Shown one piece after another: positions 55,479 through 64,000 of a stretch of DNA of 64,000 nt; position 1 is the first letter of the stretch; the number at the start of each line of letters is the position of its first letter. The translations under genes were made by a program, and so were the position numbers. The stretch is from Bacteroidota bacterium (GTDB lineage Bacteria; Bacteroidota; Ignavibacteria; Ignavibacteriales; SURF-24): assembly GCA_030706145.1 (NCBI GenBank), contig JAUZPB010000009.1:2781-66780 (forward strand), given 5' to 3'. Under the pieces are notes generated by a model. It was not told the origin of the DNA and ran no database searches. It saw only the letters and a program-made list of their open reading frames with translations.

Positions 55479-56399
55479 CTATATAACAAATGTACCAGTT
55501 AAAGAGGATACTTTATCAATAGACATTTTAGTTAAATAATCTGACAGTCCATTTACAATTTCAACACCAGCATTGGGATTTATGAAGTTAACAGTTCCAA
55601 GCTGAACAGCGCTAGCTCCGACAATCATAAACTCAACAGCATCTTGCCAGCACATAATTCCACCAAGGCCAATGATTGGAATATCAACATTTCTTTTGAT
55701 TTCCAGAACTTTTGCAAGAGCAACAGGTTTAATTGCCGGGCCTGAAAGTCCACCTGTAATGTTAAATAGTTTTGGCTTTCGTGTATATATGTTAAAAGAA
55801 GTGCCAACAAGAGTATTGATAGCCGAAACAGCATCTCCTCCCTCTTCTTTTACTACTCTTGCGTAGCTAGCAATATCAGGTACATTCGGAGACAATTTAA
55901 TTATAACAGGCTTATCTGTAGCAGCTCTTACCTTTTCAGTTACCTTAGCAACAGCTTTAATATCATGGCCAAAGATCAGGCCCCCTTCTTTAACGTTTGG
56001 GCAGGAAATGTTTATTTCAAAAGCTTTTATTGTATCTTCTTTTGTAAGAATTCTAACGCATTCGGCATACTCATCAATTGAACTTGCCGCAATATTGCAA
56101 ATTATGGAAGTATTAAGCTGACTTAAAAAAGGGATTTTCTCTTTGATAAATTCCTCAACACCTATATTTGCCAGACCAATAGCATTTAGCATTCCAGCTG
56201 CAGTTTCAACGATTCTCTGGGGAGGATTACCCTTCCTAGGTTTTAAGCTTAATGATTTTGTAACAATAGCTCCAAGTTTACTTAGGTCGGTGAGGTTTGA
56301 TATCTCATTTCCATAGCCAACTGTCCCTGAGGCAAGTATTACCGGATTTTTAAGCTTAAGTGATCCAATATTAACGCTTAAATCTATATTATTTGTCAT
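55479..56399 (-). CDS. pyrD: Dihydroorotate dehydrogenase 1B, catalytic subunit
   Basis: 306 aa with ASGTVGYG, NISCPNVKEGG and GGLSGPAIKP. 4-nt overlap with pyrK. Confidence 0.93.
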   Translation of the reverse strand: MTNNIDLSVNIGSLKLKNPVILASGTVGYGNEISNLTDLSKLGAIVTKSLSLKPRKGNPPQRIVETAAGMLNAIGLANIGVEEFIKEKIPFLSQLNTSIICNIAASSIDEYAECVRILTKEDTIKAFEINISCPNVKEGGLIFGHDIKAVAKVTEKVRAATDKPVIIKLSPNVPDIASYARVVKEEGGDAVSAINTLVGTSFNIYTRKPKLFNITGGLSGPAIKPVALAKVLEIKRNVDIPIIGLGGIMCWQDAVEFMIVGASAVQLGTVNFINPNAGVEIVNGLSDYLTKMSIDKVSSLTGTFVI

Positions 56400-57154
56400 A
56401 TTACTACCTTTTTTACATCAAACACAGGTCCATCTTTACAAACAAGGTAATAACCTTCTTTATCTGCAGCCTGGATAGGACATCCCTGGCAAATACCAAA
56501 TCCGCAAGCCATTGCACATTCAGTAGAAACTTCACAATTCAAATTGTTTTGAATTGCAAAATCCTTTAATGCCCGCAGCATTGGAGTTGGCCCGCATCCG
56601 AAAATCTTTATGTTTGAAGATGCTATCAATTTAAGATTTTCATTTAATAGTTCGATAACATTTCCTTTAAATCCCTTAGAACCATCGTCAGTTGAAATGA
56701 GATAATTTTTTTGCCCATAGGTAATAACGTCTTTTGCACTTCGTCCGCCAATAAAAGAAAATATCTTTTTATCTGATGGGATTCTTTGAAGAAGGAAAGG
56801 AAAAGGAGCAACTCCAAGTCCGCCACCTACAAATACAGCGGCTTCATAGTCATCGTTATAATTAAATCCATTACCAAGAGGACCTAGAATATCTAGCTCT
56901 TCACCAATTTTTTTATGGGCAAGAAGTTTTGTGCCTTCACCAACAAGGTTAAACATAAAATAAATAAATTCCCCATCAACATCACATATGCTAAAAGGTC
57001 TTCTTAAAAGAGGGAAAGTTGATTCGGAAACTTTAATGTTGCAGAATTGCCCTGGTGCAGCACTAAGAGCAATCTCAGGACAATGAACCTTTATTAAATT
57101 AATTGAATTTTCAAGCTCGATTATTTGAGCAACTTTTGAATTAGTTATTTGCAC
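56396..57154 (-). CDS. pyrK: Dihydroorotate dehydrogenase 1B, electron-transfer subunit
   Basis: 252 aa with FAD/NAD-binding domains (RRPFSI, GGGLGVAP) and the C-terminal 2Fe-2S motif CGFGICQGC. Confidence 0.9.
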   Translation of the reverse strand: MQITNSKVAQIIELENSINLIKVHCPEIALSAAPGQFCNIKVSESTFPLLRRPFSICDVDGEFIYFMFNLVGEGTKLLAHKKIGEELDILGPLGNGFNYNDDYEAAVFVGGGLGVAPFPFLLQRIPSDKKIFSFIGGRSAKDVITYGQKNYLISTDDGSKGFKGNVIELLNENLKLIASSNIKIFGCGPTPMLRALKDFAIQNNLNCEVSTECAMACGFGICQGCPIQAADKEGYYLVCKDGPVFDVKKVVI

Positions 57155-57197
57155 ATTTATCTCAAAAACATATTAAAAAAACAGTGTAATAATTACG

Positions 57198-57848
57198 TTA
57201 GAATTTCGAAATATTCTCCTCTATTGCCGAGATCTTATCTAATCTCTTTTGATGTCTTCCTCCAGAAAAGGAACTAGAGATCCAAACCTCAAGGATTGAC
57301 TTTATTGTCTCTTCCCCAAGAGCCTTTGCCCCAAGGACGAGAATATTTGCATTATTATGTTCACGTGCACTTCTTGCAGAGAACTCATTATAGCATGTAG
57401 CGGCTCTTATTTTGGGGACCTTGTTTGCAGCTATTGCAGATGGAATGCCGGTAGAGTCAATAAGAATGCCAAAATCAACTTTTTTTTCTTTTACATGTAA
57501 AGCAACAGCAAGGGCGAAGTCGGGATAATCACAAGAATTTTCATCGACTGTACCGAGGTCTATTACCTGATAGCCCTTCGACAGGAGGATTTCCGAAAGC
57601 AAGCTTTTTATCTTAAAACCTGTATGGTCAGAACCAATAGCCACTTTTTTTAACTTGAGATAAGGCTCAATTGTCTGCGCCTCAGCTTCAATTTTTTCAA
57701 CTTCCTCCCGGCTGACAACTGCAATTCCAAGGGATTTGATCCTATCAAGTGCAAGAGGAGTAACTATGTCTGTCTTTGCAACTGGCAGAATAGTAATCCC
57801 CTGCTTTGAGAGTTTCAATATGTCTGATTCAAGTATCAGCCTTTTCAT
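57198..57848 (-). CDS. rpiB: Ribose-5-phosphate isomerase B (RpiB/LacAB family) with a ~65-aa N-terminal extension
   Basis: The core starts at KVAIGSDHTGFKIK and also contains GILIDSTGIPSAIAANK and NANILVLGAK. The preceding 65 aa (ILESDILKL...IVTPLALDRIKSLGIAV) are not part of the canonical ~150-aa RpiB. Confidence 0.85.
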   Translation of the reverse strand: MKRLILESDILKLSKQGITILPVAKTDIVTPLALDRIKSLGIAVVSREEVEKIEAEAQTIEPYLKLKKVAIGSDHTGFKIKSLLSEILLSKGYQVIDLGTVDENSCDYPDFALAVALHVKEKKVDFGILIDSTGIPSAIAANKVPKIRAATCYNEFSARSAREHNNANILVLGAKALGEETIKSILEVWISSSFSGGRHQKRLDKISAIEENISKF

Positions 57849-57876
57849 TGAATATATCTCGAAATTAAATAAAAAA

Positions 57877-58944
57877 TCAGAGATGGTCGGTCATCTTCTT
57901 CATCTTAAGATAGTCAACAACATTCTTAACGTCCTGGGCTTTGTCTCTTCTGCAGATAAGCAAAGCATCATCAGTATTAATGACAATTACATTATCCACA
58001 CCAACTACAGCAGTAAATTTCTTGGGTGAATAAATATATGAGTCATTTGTATTTTGGCAATATGCTTTACCTACAATAGCATTACCATCATCATCTTTTT
58101 CGGAGAGCTGATAAACCTCCTCCCAGCTTCCAACGTCGCTCCAGGTAAAATTACCTTTTGTAAGATAAACCTTATCGGATTTTTCCATTACGCCATAGTC
58201 AATTGAGATGCTTTTGAGCTGACCATAAACATTATTTAAGACCTTTTCATACTGCGGAGTATCAATGCTCTGTTCAATTTGTAAAAGTCCATCATAAAGT
58301 TCAGGCATATGTATTTTCATCTCATTGAGTATAACATCAATCCGCCAGATAAACATGCCGCTATTCCAGAGAAAATCTCCGCTTTCAATAAATCTAACTG
58401 CAGTGGCATAGTTTGGTTTTTCGGCAAATGTAAATACCTTATGGATATTATCATATTCCGGTTTTTCATCAATTTGAATATAACCATACCCGGTTTCAGG
58501 ACGACTAGGTCTGATGCCTATTGTAACAAGTCCTTTGAATTTATATGCAAACTCAGAAGCAGAGCTTAGTGTTTGCAGGAAATTCTCTTCTTCTCTAATA
58601 ATATGGTCAGCGGGTAAAGTTAAAATAACAGCTTCTTTATTCTTTTTGCCTATCATAATAGAGGCAAGGCCAATTGCAGCAGCAGTATTCTTACCGAAAG
58701 GCTCATCTACAATATTTTCTGCAGGAATATCAGGAAGTTGGTTTTTAATCTCTTGCTTCTGCATCTTGTTGGTAATTACGAAAATATTTTCTTTCTTTAC
58801 CAATCCGTCTAACCTGTATACAGTATCCTGAATTAAAGAATTTTTTCCGAATATTTTCAGTAACTGTTTTGGCTTTTTTTCTTTACTTCTAGGCCAGAAT
58901 CTTGAGCCAATCCCTCCGGCCATAATTACAGCAAATAATTCCAT
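57877..58944 (-). CDS. manC: Mannose-1-phosphate guanylyltransferase (nucleotidyltransferase domain only)
   Basis: 355 aa with MAGGIGSRFWPRSKEKKPKQ, LPADH and FAEKP. Confidence 0.87.
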   Translation of the reverse strand: MELFAVIMAGGIGSRFWPRSKEKKPKQLLKIFGKNSLIQDTVYRLDGLVKKENIFVITNKMQKQEIKNQLPDIPAENIVDEPFGKNTAAAIGLASIMIGKKNKEAVILTLPADHIIREEENFLQTLSSASEFAYKFKGLVTIGIRPSRPETGYGYIQIDEKPEYDNIHKVFTFAEKPNYATAVRFIESGDFLWNSGMFIWRIDVILNEMKIHMPELYDGLLQIEQSIDTPQYEKVLNNVYGQLKSISIDYGVMEKSDKVYLTKGNFTWSDVGSWEEVYQLSEKDDDGNAIVGKAYCQNTNDSYIYSPKKFTAVVGVDNVIVINTDDALLICRRDKAQDVKNVVDYLKMKKMTDHL

Positions 58945-58958
58945 TAATTATTCTACCT

Positions 58959-59882
58959 CTATTTAAGATTCTGAATTCTTTTACCTAATTCTTCAGCCTT
59001 ATTTAAATAACCAGTTATATCAACATCTTTGCTTCGCACTACTGCAACAATTACAATAAGCGAAGCTCTCATTCCGGAGATCAACTCTTTATCGGCTACA
59101 ATTTTTTCTTCATTAATCAGCTTTAGTGCCTTAGCCAAAACCCTGTGCATGGCTGCAATTATTTCAAAGCCAATGCTTGAGGAGATCTCAGCGTTCTCAA
59201 CAATAATTTCCCGGAATTTCTTTATTTCTTCAACAGGAGCCTGATTTTGAGCTACTTTTTTTAGTAACAGATCAATATCCTTAATCGGAGAAAGAATTCT
59301 TTCTTCATAGTTCTCAAAGAAAACCTGGCTTGTCTTTTTTTCTGTTTCCAGTAAATATTCTTCTTTAATTTTCTCTGCTTCAGCTACTGGATTAGCAGTC
59401 TTTGAAACAGGTTTTTGAAGGATCTCGCCAGTTCTTTCAATTCTGCTTCTAGGATCAATAGTTTCATTTTTGACAGCTGATCCATTACCACCAGATGGGA
59501 TAGTATTATCCTTTGTAGCCTCAGGTTTTGAAAAAGTATCTTTCATTGATTCAGTGACTTGCCTGAAACTTTGTGGATTTAGTTTATCTAGAACTCCACT
59601 AAGGTCTTTTACCAATGAGGAACAATGTTCCTTAAATTTTTCTGATATCTTAAAAAAGTCCACTTTTGATTTTGCAATATAGTTATAAATATCACCTAGT
59701 TTAATAGCAAAGGTAGATAACTGAGTTATCTTCTTCATATTACGAATTTCTGTTTCAAGATCACCTGCCCGGCAAATGTATTCTCTAAGTAAAGATACGA
59801 CTTCAATCTTTTCAGTATTCAGCCGTAGGTTATTTGCAGCTGAAGTAATGCATTGGACAATATACTGCCGGATTAAATCCAT
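58959..59882 (-). CDS. Hypothetical cytoplasmic protein, predicted mostly alpha-helical
   Basis: 307 aa with no motif I recognise. It is tightly packed between alr (3-nt gap) and manC (14-nt gap), so it is very likely expressed. Confidence 0.6.
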   Translation of the reverse strand: MDLIRQYIVQCITSAANNLRLNTEKIEVVSLLREYICRAGDLETEIRNMKKITQLSTFAIKLGDIYNYIAKSKVDFFKISEKFKEHCSSLVKDLSGVLDKLNPQSFRQVTESMKDTFSKPEATKDNTIPSGGNGSAVKNETIDPRSRIERTGEILQKPVSKTANPVAEAEKIKEEYLLETEKKTSQVFFENYEERILSPIKDIDLLLKKVAQNQAPVEEIKKFREIIVENAEISSSIGFEIIAAMHRVLAKALKLINEEKIVADKELISGMRASLIVIVAVVRSKDVDITGYLNKAEELGKRIQNLK

Positions 59883-59885
59883 ATT

Positions 59886-60998
59886 TTACTCCACATAAAC
59901 ACGCGGAACTCTTTTGCTGATATTACAGGTAATTTCGTATGGAATTGTATTAAGAATTTTAGCCCAATCCCAGGCATTTATTTCAAGGTTGTTTTTCTTT
60001 CCGAGTAAAATAACCTCATCGTTTTCTTTAATCCTAGCTTCATTTATGTCAATCATTATTCTGTCCATACATACCTGACCAACCTGAGAATACTTTTGTC
60101 CCTTAATAATAGCAAAAGTTTTATTTGTAAGTGCTCTTGCATATCCATCGGCATATCCAACCGGGACAGTAGCAATCTTTGTCGGTTTATCTGCAATAAA
60201 CCTTCTTCCGTAACTAATCGAATCCCCTTTTTGAACTTCTTTAACATTTGTAATTTTAGAAACCAGCGACATGACAGGTTTCAGTTTTATAGATTCTGAT
60301 GTTTCGAGAGAAGGATAATAACCGTATAAAGATATTCCTGGGCGTACCATATCAAAATAAGCCTCAGGCATATCCAAAATAGCTCCGCTATTTGCAGCAT
60401 GAGCAAGACCAAAACTAATCCCATTATTTTTAAGCGAATCCACAATACTTTTGAATCTGCTTAATTGAAGTTCTGCATAGGTCTTATCTTTTTCATCTGA
60501 AGTAGCAAAATGAGTATAGATTCCATCAACTTCAAATGCCCCTTTTGAAGCAACTTTACTAATAAAATCTACAGCTTCACTATAAGGGACACCTAATCTA
60601 CCCATGCCAGTATCGATTTTTACATGGACCTTAATTTTTTTACTTTTTGTCTTTGCTGCCTTCAACATTTCAAGGTGATAGGTCTCAAAAATAGTTGGAA
60701 TAACATCATGCTTTATGTAAAGAGCAGCTTCATCTGGTCCAACAGGAGCGAATGTTAAAACAGGTTGTTTGACTTTTGATTTTCTTAATTCAATAGCTTC
60801 TTCCAGGAGAGCAACAGCAAAGTAGTCAGGTTTTTTATCGCCAAGTGTATTTAGTGCACTAACACAATTTATCATTCCGTGGCCATATGCATCTGCTTTT
60901 ACAACGGCCATTACTCTGGCTTTTTTTACTTTTTTTCTGATGTTAAGATAATTGAATTTCAGGTTTGAATAACTAATTTTTGCTAATGTCGGTCTCAT
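59886..60998 (-). CDS. alr: Alanine racemase
   Basis: 370 aa with the PLP-lysine motif VVKADAYGHG, plus RPGISLYG and SYG motifs. Confidence 0.93.
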   Translation of the reverse strand: MRPTLAKISYSNLKFNYLNIRKKVKKARVMAVVKADAYGHGMINCVSALNTLGDKKPDYFAVALLEEAIELRKSKVKQPVLTFAPVGPDEAALYIKHDVIPTIFETYHLEMLKAAKTKSKKIKVHVKIDTGMGRLGVPYSEAVDFISKVASKGAFEVDGIYTHFATSDEKDKTYAELQLSRFKSIVDSLKNNGISFGLAHAANSGAILDMPEAYFDMVRPGISLYGYYPSLETSESIKLKPVMSLVSKITNVKEVQKGDSISYGRRFIADKPTKIATVPVGYADGYARALTNKTFAIIKGQKYSQVGQVCMDRIMIDINEARIKENDEVILLGKKNNLEINAWDWAKILNTIPYEITCNISKRVPRVYVE

Positions 60999-61362
60999 CT
61001 TCTTAAAATTTTATTTTTAATTCCGTAAAATATACCTTTAATTGAAGTGATAATCAATCAAAAGAGTTTAGGAATATTGCATAATTCTTCCTAATAAGCC
61101 ATAAATTATTCATTGGAATAATGAAAATCACGAGGCATATTTTTTTCTCTTTTATGATCTTTTCCTAATACTTATGTTATTCATAAATGCTGGGGACTAA
61201 TTGTTCTTAGAAGAAAAAAAGGGGGAAAATAATTCTTGAACCTATCATTTAGTTAAAGCACATTTTCTACATATATCCCACGTCACAATAAATTAGAACT
61301 TTATCAAATCAAATGTCGTTTTTATCTTAAATGGCATTTGAGCATTAAAAGAAAGAGAATCA

Positions 61363-62463
61363 ATGATTGGATATAGATTCACTGACTATACGCCCGAGCC
61401 GGGTAAAGAAGGGACTTTTGAATCACTTCTTAATTTGTTCCTACAGTTGCTAACAATGACTTCAGGAAATGTATCTGAAGCATTAAATCTATTAAGTCAA
61501 CTGGATTCCAAGTACAATCTGACAAATGATGAATATGGTATAGGAGATTTTATACAGGAATTGAAAGACAAAAATTACCTAAAGGAAGAGGAATCAAATC
61601 CAGGCGTATATACAATAACTTCTAAGTCTGAGCAATCGATCAGACGCCGCTCACTTGAGGAAGTATTTGGGAAATTAAAACGTTCGACCTCCGGAAATCA
61701 TCAAACTCCCTTTTCTGGCATAGGAGATGAAAAGACCTCAGATAGAAGGGACTACCAGTTCGGAGATGCTCTTGATCAGATTGATATGACAGATTCAATT
61801 AAGAACGCTCAGATCAATCATGGTATTTATGATTTTACATTAACAGAAGAAGACCTTGAAGTTGAGGAAAGAGAATACAAGACTTTGACTTCAACGGTTC
61901 TGATGATAGATATTTCTCATTCAATGATACTCTATGGGGAAGACAGAATAACACCAGCCAAAAAAGTTGCTATGGCATTTGCAGAACTAATCACAACGAA
62001 ATTTCCCAAAGATACTTTAGATATCATAGTTTTTGGCAACGATGCCTGGCCAATTGAGATAAAAGATCTCCCCTATCTTCAGGTTGGTCCATACCATACT
62101 AACACTTATGCCGGTTTGGAACTAGCCATGGATATTCTAAGACGAAGAAGAACCGGCAATAAGCAGATATTCATGGTTACAGATGGAAAACCAACGTGTC
62201 TTAAGGAAGGGCTGAAATACTACAAGAACAGTTTTGGGATGGATAGGAAAATTTTAAATAAGACACTGGATCAGGCTGCAAAATGCCGCAGAATGGGTAT
62301 TACAATAACAACGTTTATGATAGCAAAAGACCCTTACCTGCAAAACTTTGTCCGCGAGTTCACAAAGATCAACAATGGAAAGGCTTTTTATAGTAGTCCG
62401 ACTGTTTTGGGAGAATATGTATTCGAGGATTATATAAGGAACAGAAGAAAAACGCTAAAATAG
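61363..62463 (+). CDS. von Willebrand factor type A (VWA) domain protein, CoxE-like
   Basis: 366 aa. C-terminal VWA with the MIDAS motif VLMIDISHSM, a mid-domain T (GPYHTNTYAG), and VTDGKPT. The ~170-aa N-terminal region is of unknown function. Confidence 0.85.
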   Translation: MIGYRFTDYTPEPGKEGTFESLLNLFLQLLTMTSGNVSEALNLLSQLDSKYNLTNDEYGIGDFIQELKDKNYLKEEESNPGVYTITSKSEQSIRRRSLEEVFGKLKRSTSGNHQTPFSGIGDEKTSDRRDYQFGDALDQIDMTDSIKNAQINHGIYDFTLTEEDLEVEEREYKTLTSTVLMIDISHSMILYGEDRITPAKKVAMAFAELITTKFPKDTLDIIVFGNDAWPIEIKDLPYLQVGPYHTNTYAGLELAMDILRRRRTGNKQIFMVTDGKPTCLKEGLKYYKNSFGMDRKILNKTLDQAAKCRRMGITITTFMIAKDPYLQNFVREFTKINNGKAFYSSPTVLGEYVFEDYIRNRRKTLK

Positions 62464-62525
62464 ATGGCATAATCTTTTGAAATAAATTTAGTATAGGCAG
62501 ATAAATAAAGGAGAATTTTTAAAAG

Positions 62526-64000
62526 ATGCAGATTAGAAACTATGCAGAAGTAAAAACACTCGGACAATTAAAACGTGCCGGTTATAAGGTGCGTTCAATA
62601 AAAGATGAGATGAGAGAAAATCTCATTAAGCAGCTTCAAAGAAATGAGAATAGTTTCAATGGAATTATTGGATATGAAGAAAGTGTAATACCAGATATTG
62701 ATACTTCAATTCTTTCAAGGCATAACATTTTGCTTCTGGGATTAAGGGGGCAGGCAAAAACGAAACTCGCTAGGCTAATGATAAATCTTTTAGATGAGTA
62801 TATTCCTGCCGTTGCTGATTCGGAGCTTAATGATGATCCATTAAATCCAATTTCACGATACTCTAAGGATCTTATTGCCGAAAAAGGTGATGAAACTCCA
62901 ATTGAATGGATACATAGATCAGAACGTTACACTGAAAAATTAGCAACTCCGGATGTTTCCATAGCTGATCTTATTGGAGATGTTGATCCAATAAAGGCTG
63001 CAACATTAAAGCTTCCATATTCAGATGAAAGAGTTATACATTTTGGCTTAATTCCAAGATCCCATAGGTCAATTTTTGTAATAAATGAGCTTCCTGACCT
63101 TCAAGCAAGAATTCAGGTAGCGTTATTTAATATCTTGCAGGAAAAGGATATACAGATCCGCGGCTTTAAGATAAGGCTTCCATTGGATATACACTTTGTT
63201 TTCACGGCAAATCCAGAGGATTATACAAACAGAGGTGCAATTGTAACGCCTCTGAAAGATAGAATTGACAGTCAGATTTTGACACATTATCCAAAGACAA
63301 TTCAAATTTCCAAGGAAATTACGAGTCAGGAAGCAAAACTGACAATGGACCAGGCCTCAAAGGTTTGTGCTCCAGAGCTTGTGAAATTGCTCATTGAGCA
63401 AATTGCCTTTGAAGCTCGTGAGAGCGAATATATAGATTCCAAAAGCGGTGTTTCTGCCAGATTAACAATTTCAGCATACGAAAATCTTGTTAGTTCAGCT
63501 GAAAGAAGAATGCTGGTAAACCATGAAAATGAGACTCATATAAGAATTACTGACTTTGTAGGTGTAATACCCTCTATTACCGGAAAAATTGAGCTTGTCT
63601 ATGAAGGTGAGCAGGAAGGTCCTGCCAAAGTAGCGCAAATACTAGTTAGCAAGGCAATCAGGGCACAATTTCCGCTGTATTTCCCAAATCCGGATAAGAT
63701 GAAGCGTAACCAGGACTCAAATCCTTACATTCAGATAATAAACTGGTTTGGTAAAGGCAATCAGGTTGATATAATGCACAATTATTCAAGCCATGATTAT
63801 AAGAAAGCTTTAACTGCTGTGCCAGGCTTAAAGGATCTTGTAAATAAATATCATCCAAACGAAGATGAATCAGCAAAACTTTTGCTTATGGAATTTGCAC
63901 TTCATGGGCTTTCAGAATATTCATTGCTAAGTAAATTCCGTCTGGAAAGAGGTCTTCAGTTTAAGGATATGCTTAGCAGCATGTTTACTATGGGTAAAGA
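62526..64000 (+). CDS. AAA+ ATPase, Mg-chelatase-I/ComM-like (5' part; runs off the window end)
   Basis: Not in the supplied ORF track. The ATG at 62526 lies 12 nt after AAGGAG, and I translated the frame by hand to nt 63998 (491 codons) with no stop. Walker A GLRGQAKT (62739-62762), Walker B-like FVINELPDL (Asn at 63084-63086), and sensor-like FTANPEDYTNRG. Confidence 0.85.
   Translation, partial: MQIRNYAEVKTLGQLKRAGYKVRSIKDEMRENLIKQLQRNENSFNGIIGYEESVIPDIDTSILSRHNILLLGLRGQAKTKLARLMINLLDEYIPAVADSELNDDPLNPISRYSKDLIAEKGDETPIEWIHRSERYTEKLATPDVSIADLIGDVDPIKAATLKLPYSDERVIHFGLIPRSHRSIFVINELPDLQARIQVALFNILQEKDIQIRGFKIRLPLDIHFVFTANPEDYTNRGAIVTPLKDRIDSQILTHYPKTIQISKEITSQEAKLTMDQASKVCAPELVKLLIEQIAFEARESEYIDSKSGVSARLTISAYENLVSSAERRMLVNHENETHIRITDFVGVIPSITGKIELVYEGEQEGPAKVAQILVSKAIRAQFPLYFPNPDKMKRNQDSNPYIQIINWFGKGNQVDIMHNYSSHDYKKALTAVPGLKDLVNKYHPNEDESAKLLLMEFALHGLSEYSLLSKFRLERGLQFKDMLSSMFTMGK

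Noticed and set aside
61329-61346. Sigma-54-like promoter TGGCAT-N-GCAT upstream of the VWA gene
   Set aside because: The GG-to-GC spacing is 3 nt too short relative to the TGGCAC-N5-TTGC consensus, and the -12 element lacks TTGC.
1-64000. Scan for CRISPR arrays, tRNA/rRNA genes, transposases, integrases, phage or known defence-system genes (RM, Abi, retron RT, CBASS, etc.)
   Set aside because: None were found by eye. The only repeats are the intragenic 99-bp tandem repeat, the short intergenic repeats reported above, and terminator hairpins. Every large ORF has a housekeeping, transport or envelope assignment except the few hypotheticals listed. The window looks like core chromosome rather than a defence or mobile island.

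Overview
Low-GC (roughly one-third G+C by eye), densely packed chromosomal segment made up almost entirely of housekeeping genes. It most plausibly comes from an FCB-group bacterium (Ignavibacteria/Bacteroidota-like). That inference rests on a T9SS C-terminal sorting tail on a GH31 enzyme and on TTG-N18-20-TAnnTTTG promoter-like motifs upstream of several genes. I can support about 50 protein-coding genes. They include a nucleoside-salvage operon (cdd-tdk-nupC-PNP), ferritin, fadD, pepD, typA, ychF, clpS, aroC, htrA, recO, mtnA, mutS, tyrA, rho, folC, pyrK/pyrD, rpiB, manC-like and alr. I saw no rRNA, tRNA, CRISPR array, transposase, integrase or phage genes, so this is not an obvious accessory island. 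The points most worth a second look are these. (1) A clear TPP (THI-box) riboswitch with a terminator-type expression platform sits on the minus strand at 22918-23051. It heads a TonB-dependent receptor, a thiamine pyrophosphokinase and a sodium:solute-symporter-family transporter, which together look like a thiamine-scavenging locus with a non-canonical inner-membrane carrier. (2) A ferredoxin-like-domain DAHP synthase has its regulatory domain interrupted by a single in-frame TGA at 48855-48857, while the sequence on both sides stays conserved. (3) A VWA protein is followed by a Mg-chelatase/ComM-like AAA+ ATPase at the 3' edge. The ATPase is missing from the supplied ORF track because it runs off the window, and its Walker B reads NE instead of DE. 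(4) There is a bacterial SET-domain methyltransferase. (5) An importer-type ABC pair has a catalytically degenerate ATPase and no binding protein. (6) A 7-LysM MltD-like lipoprotein contains a 99-bp tandem repeat. All family assignments come from motif recognition by eye; no searches were run.
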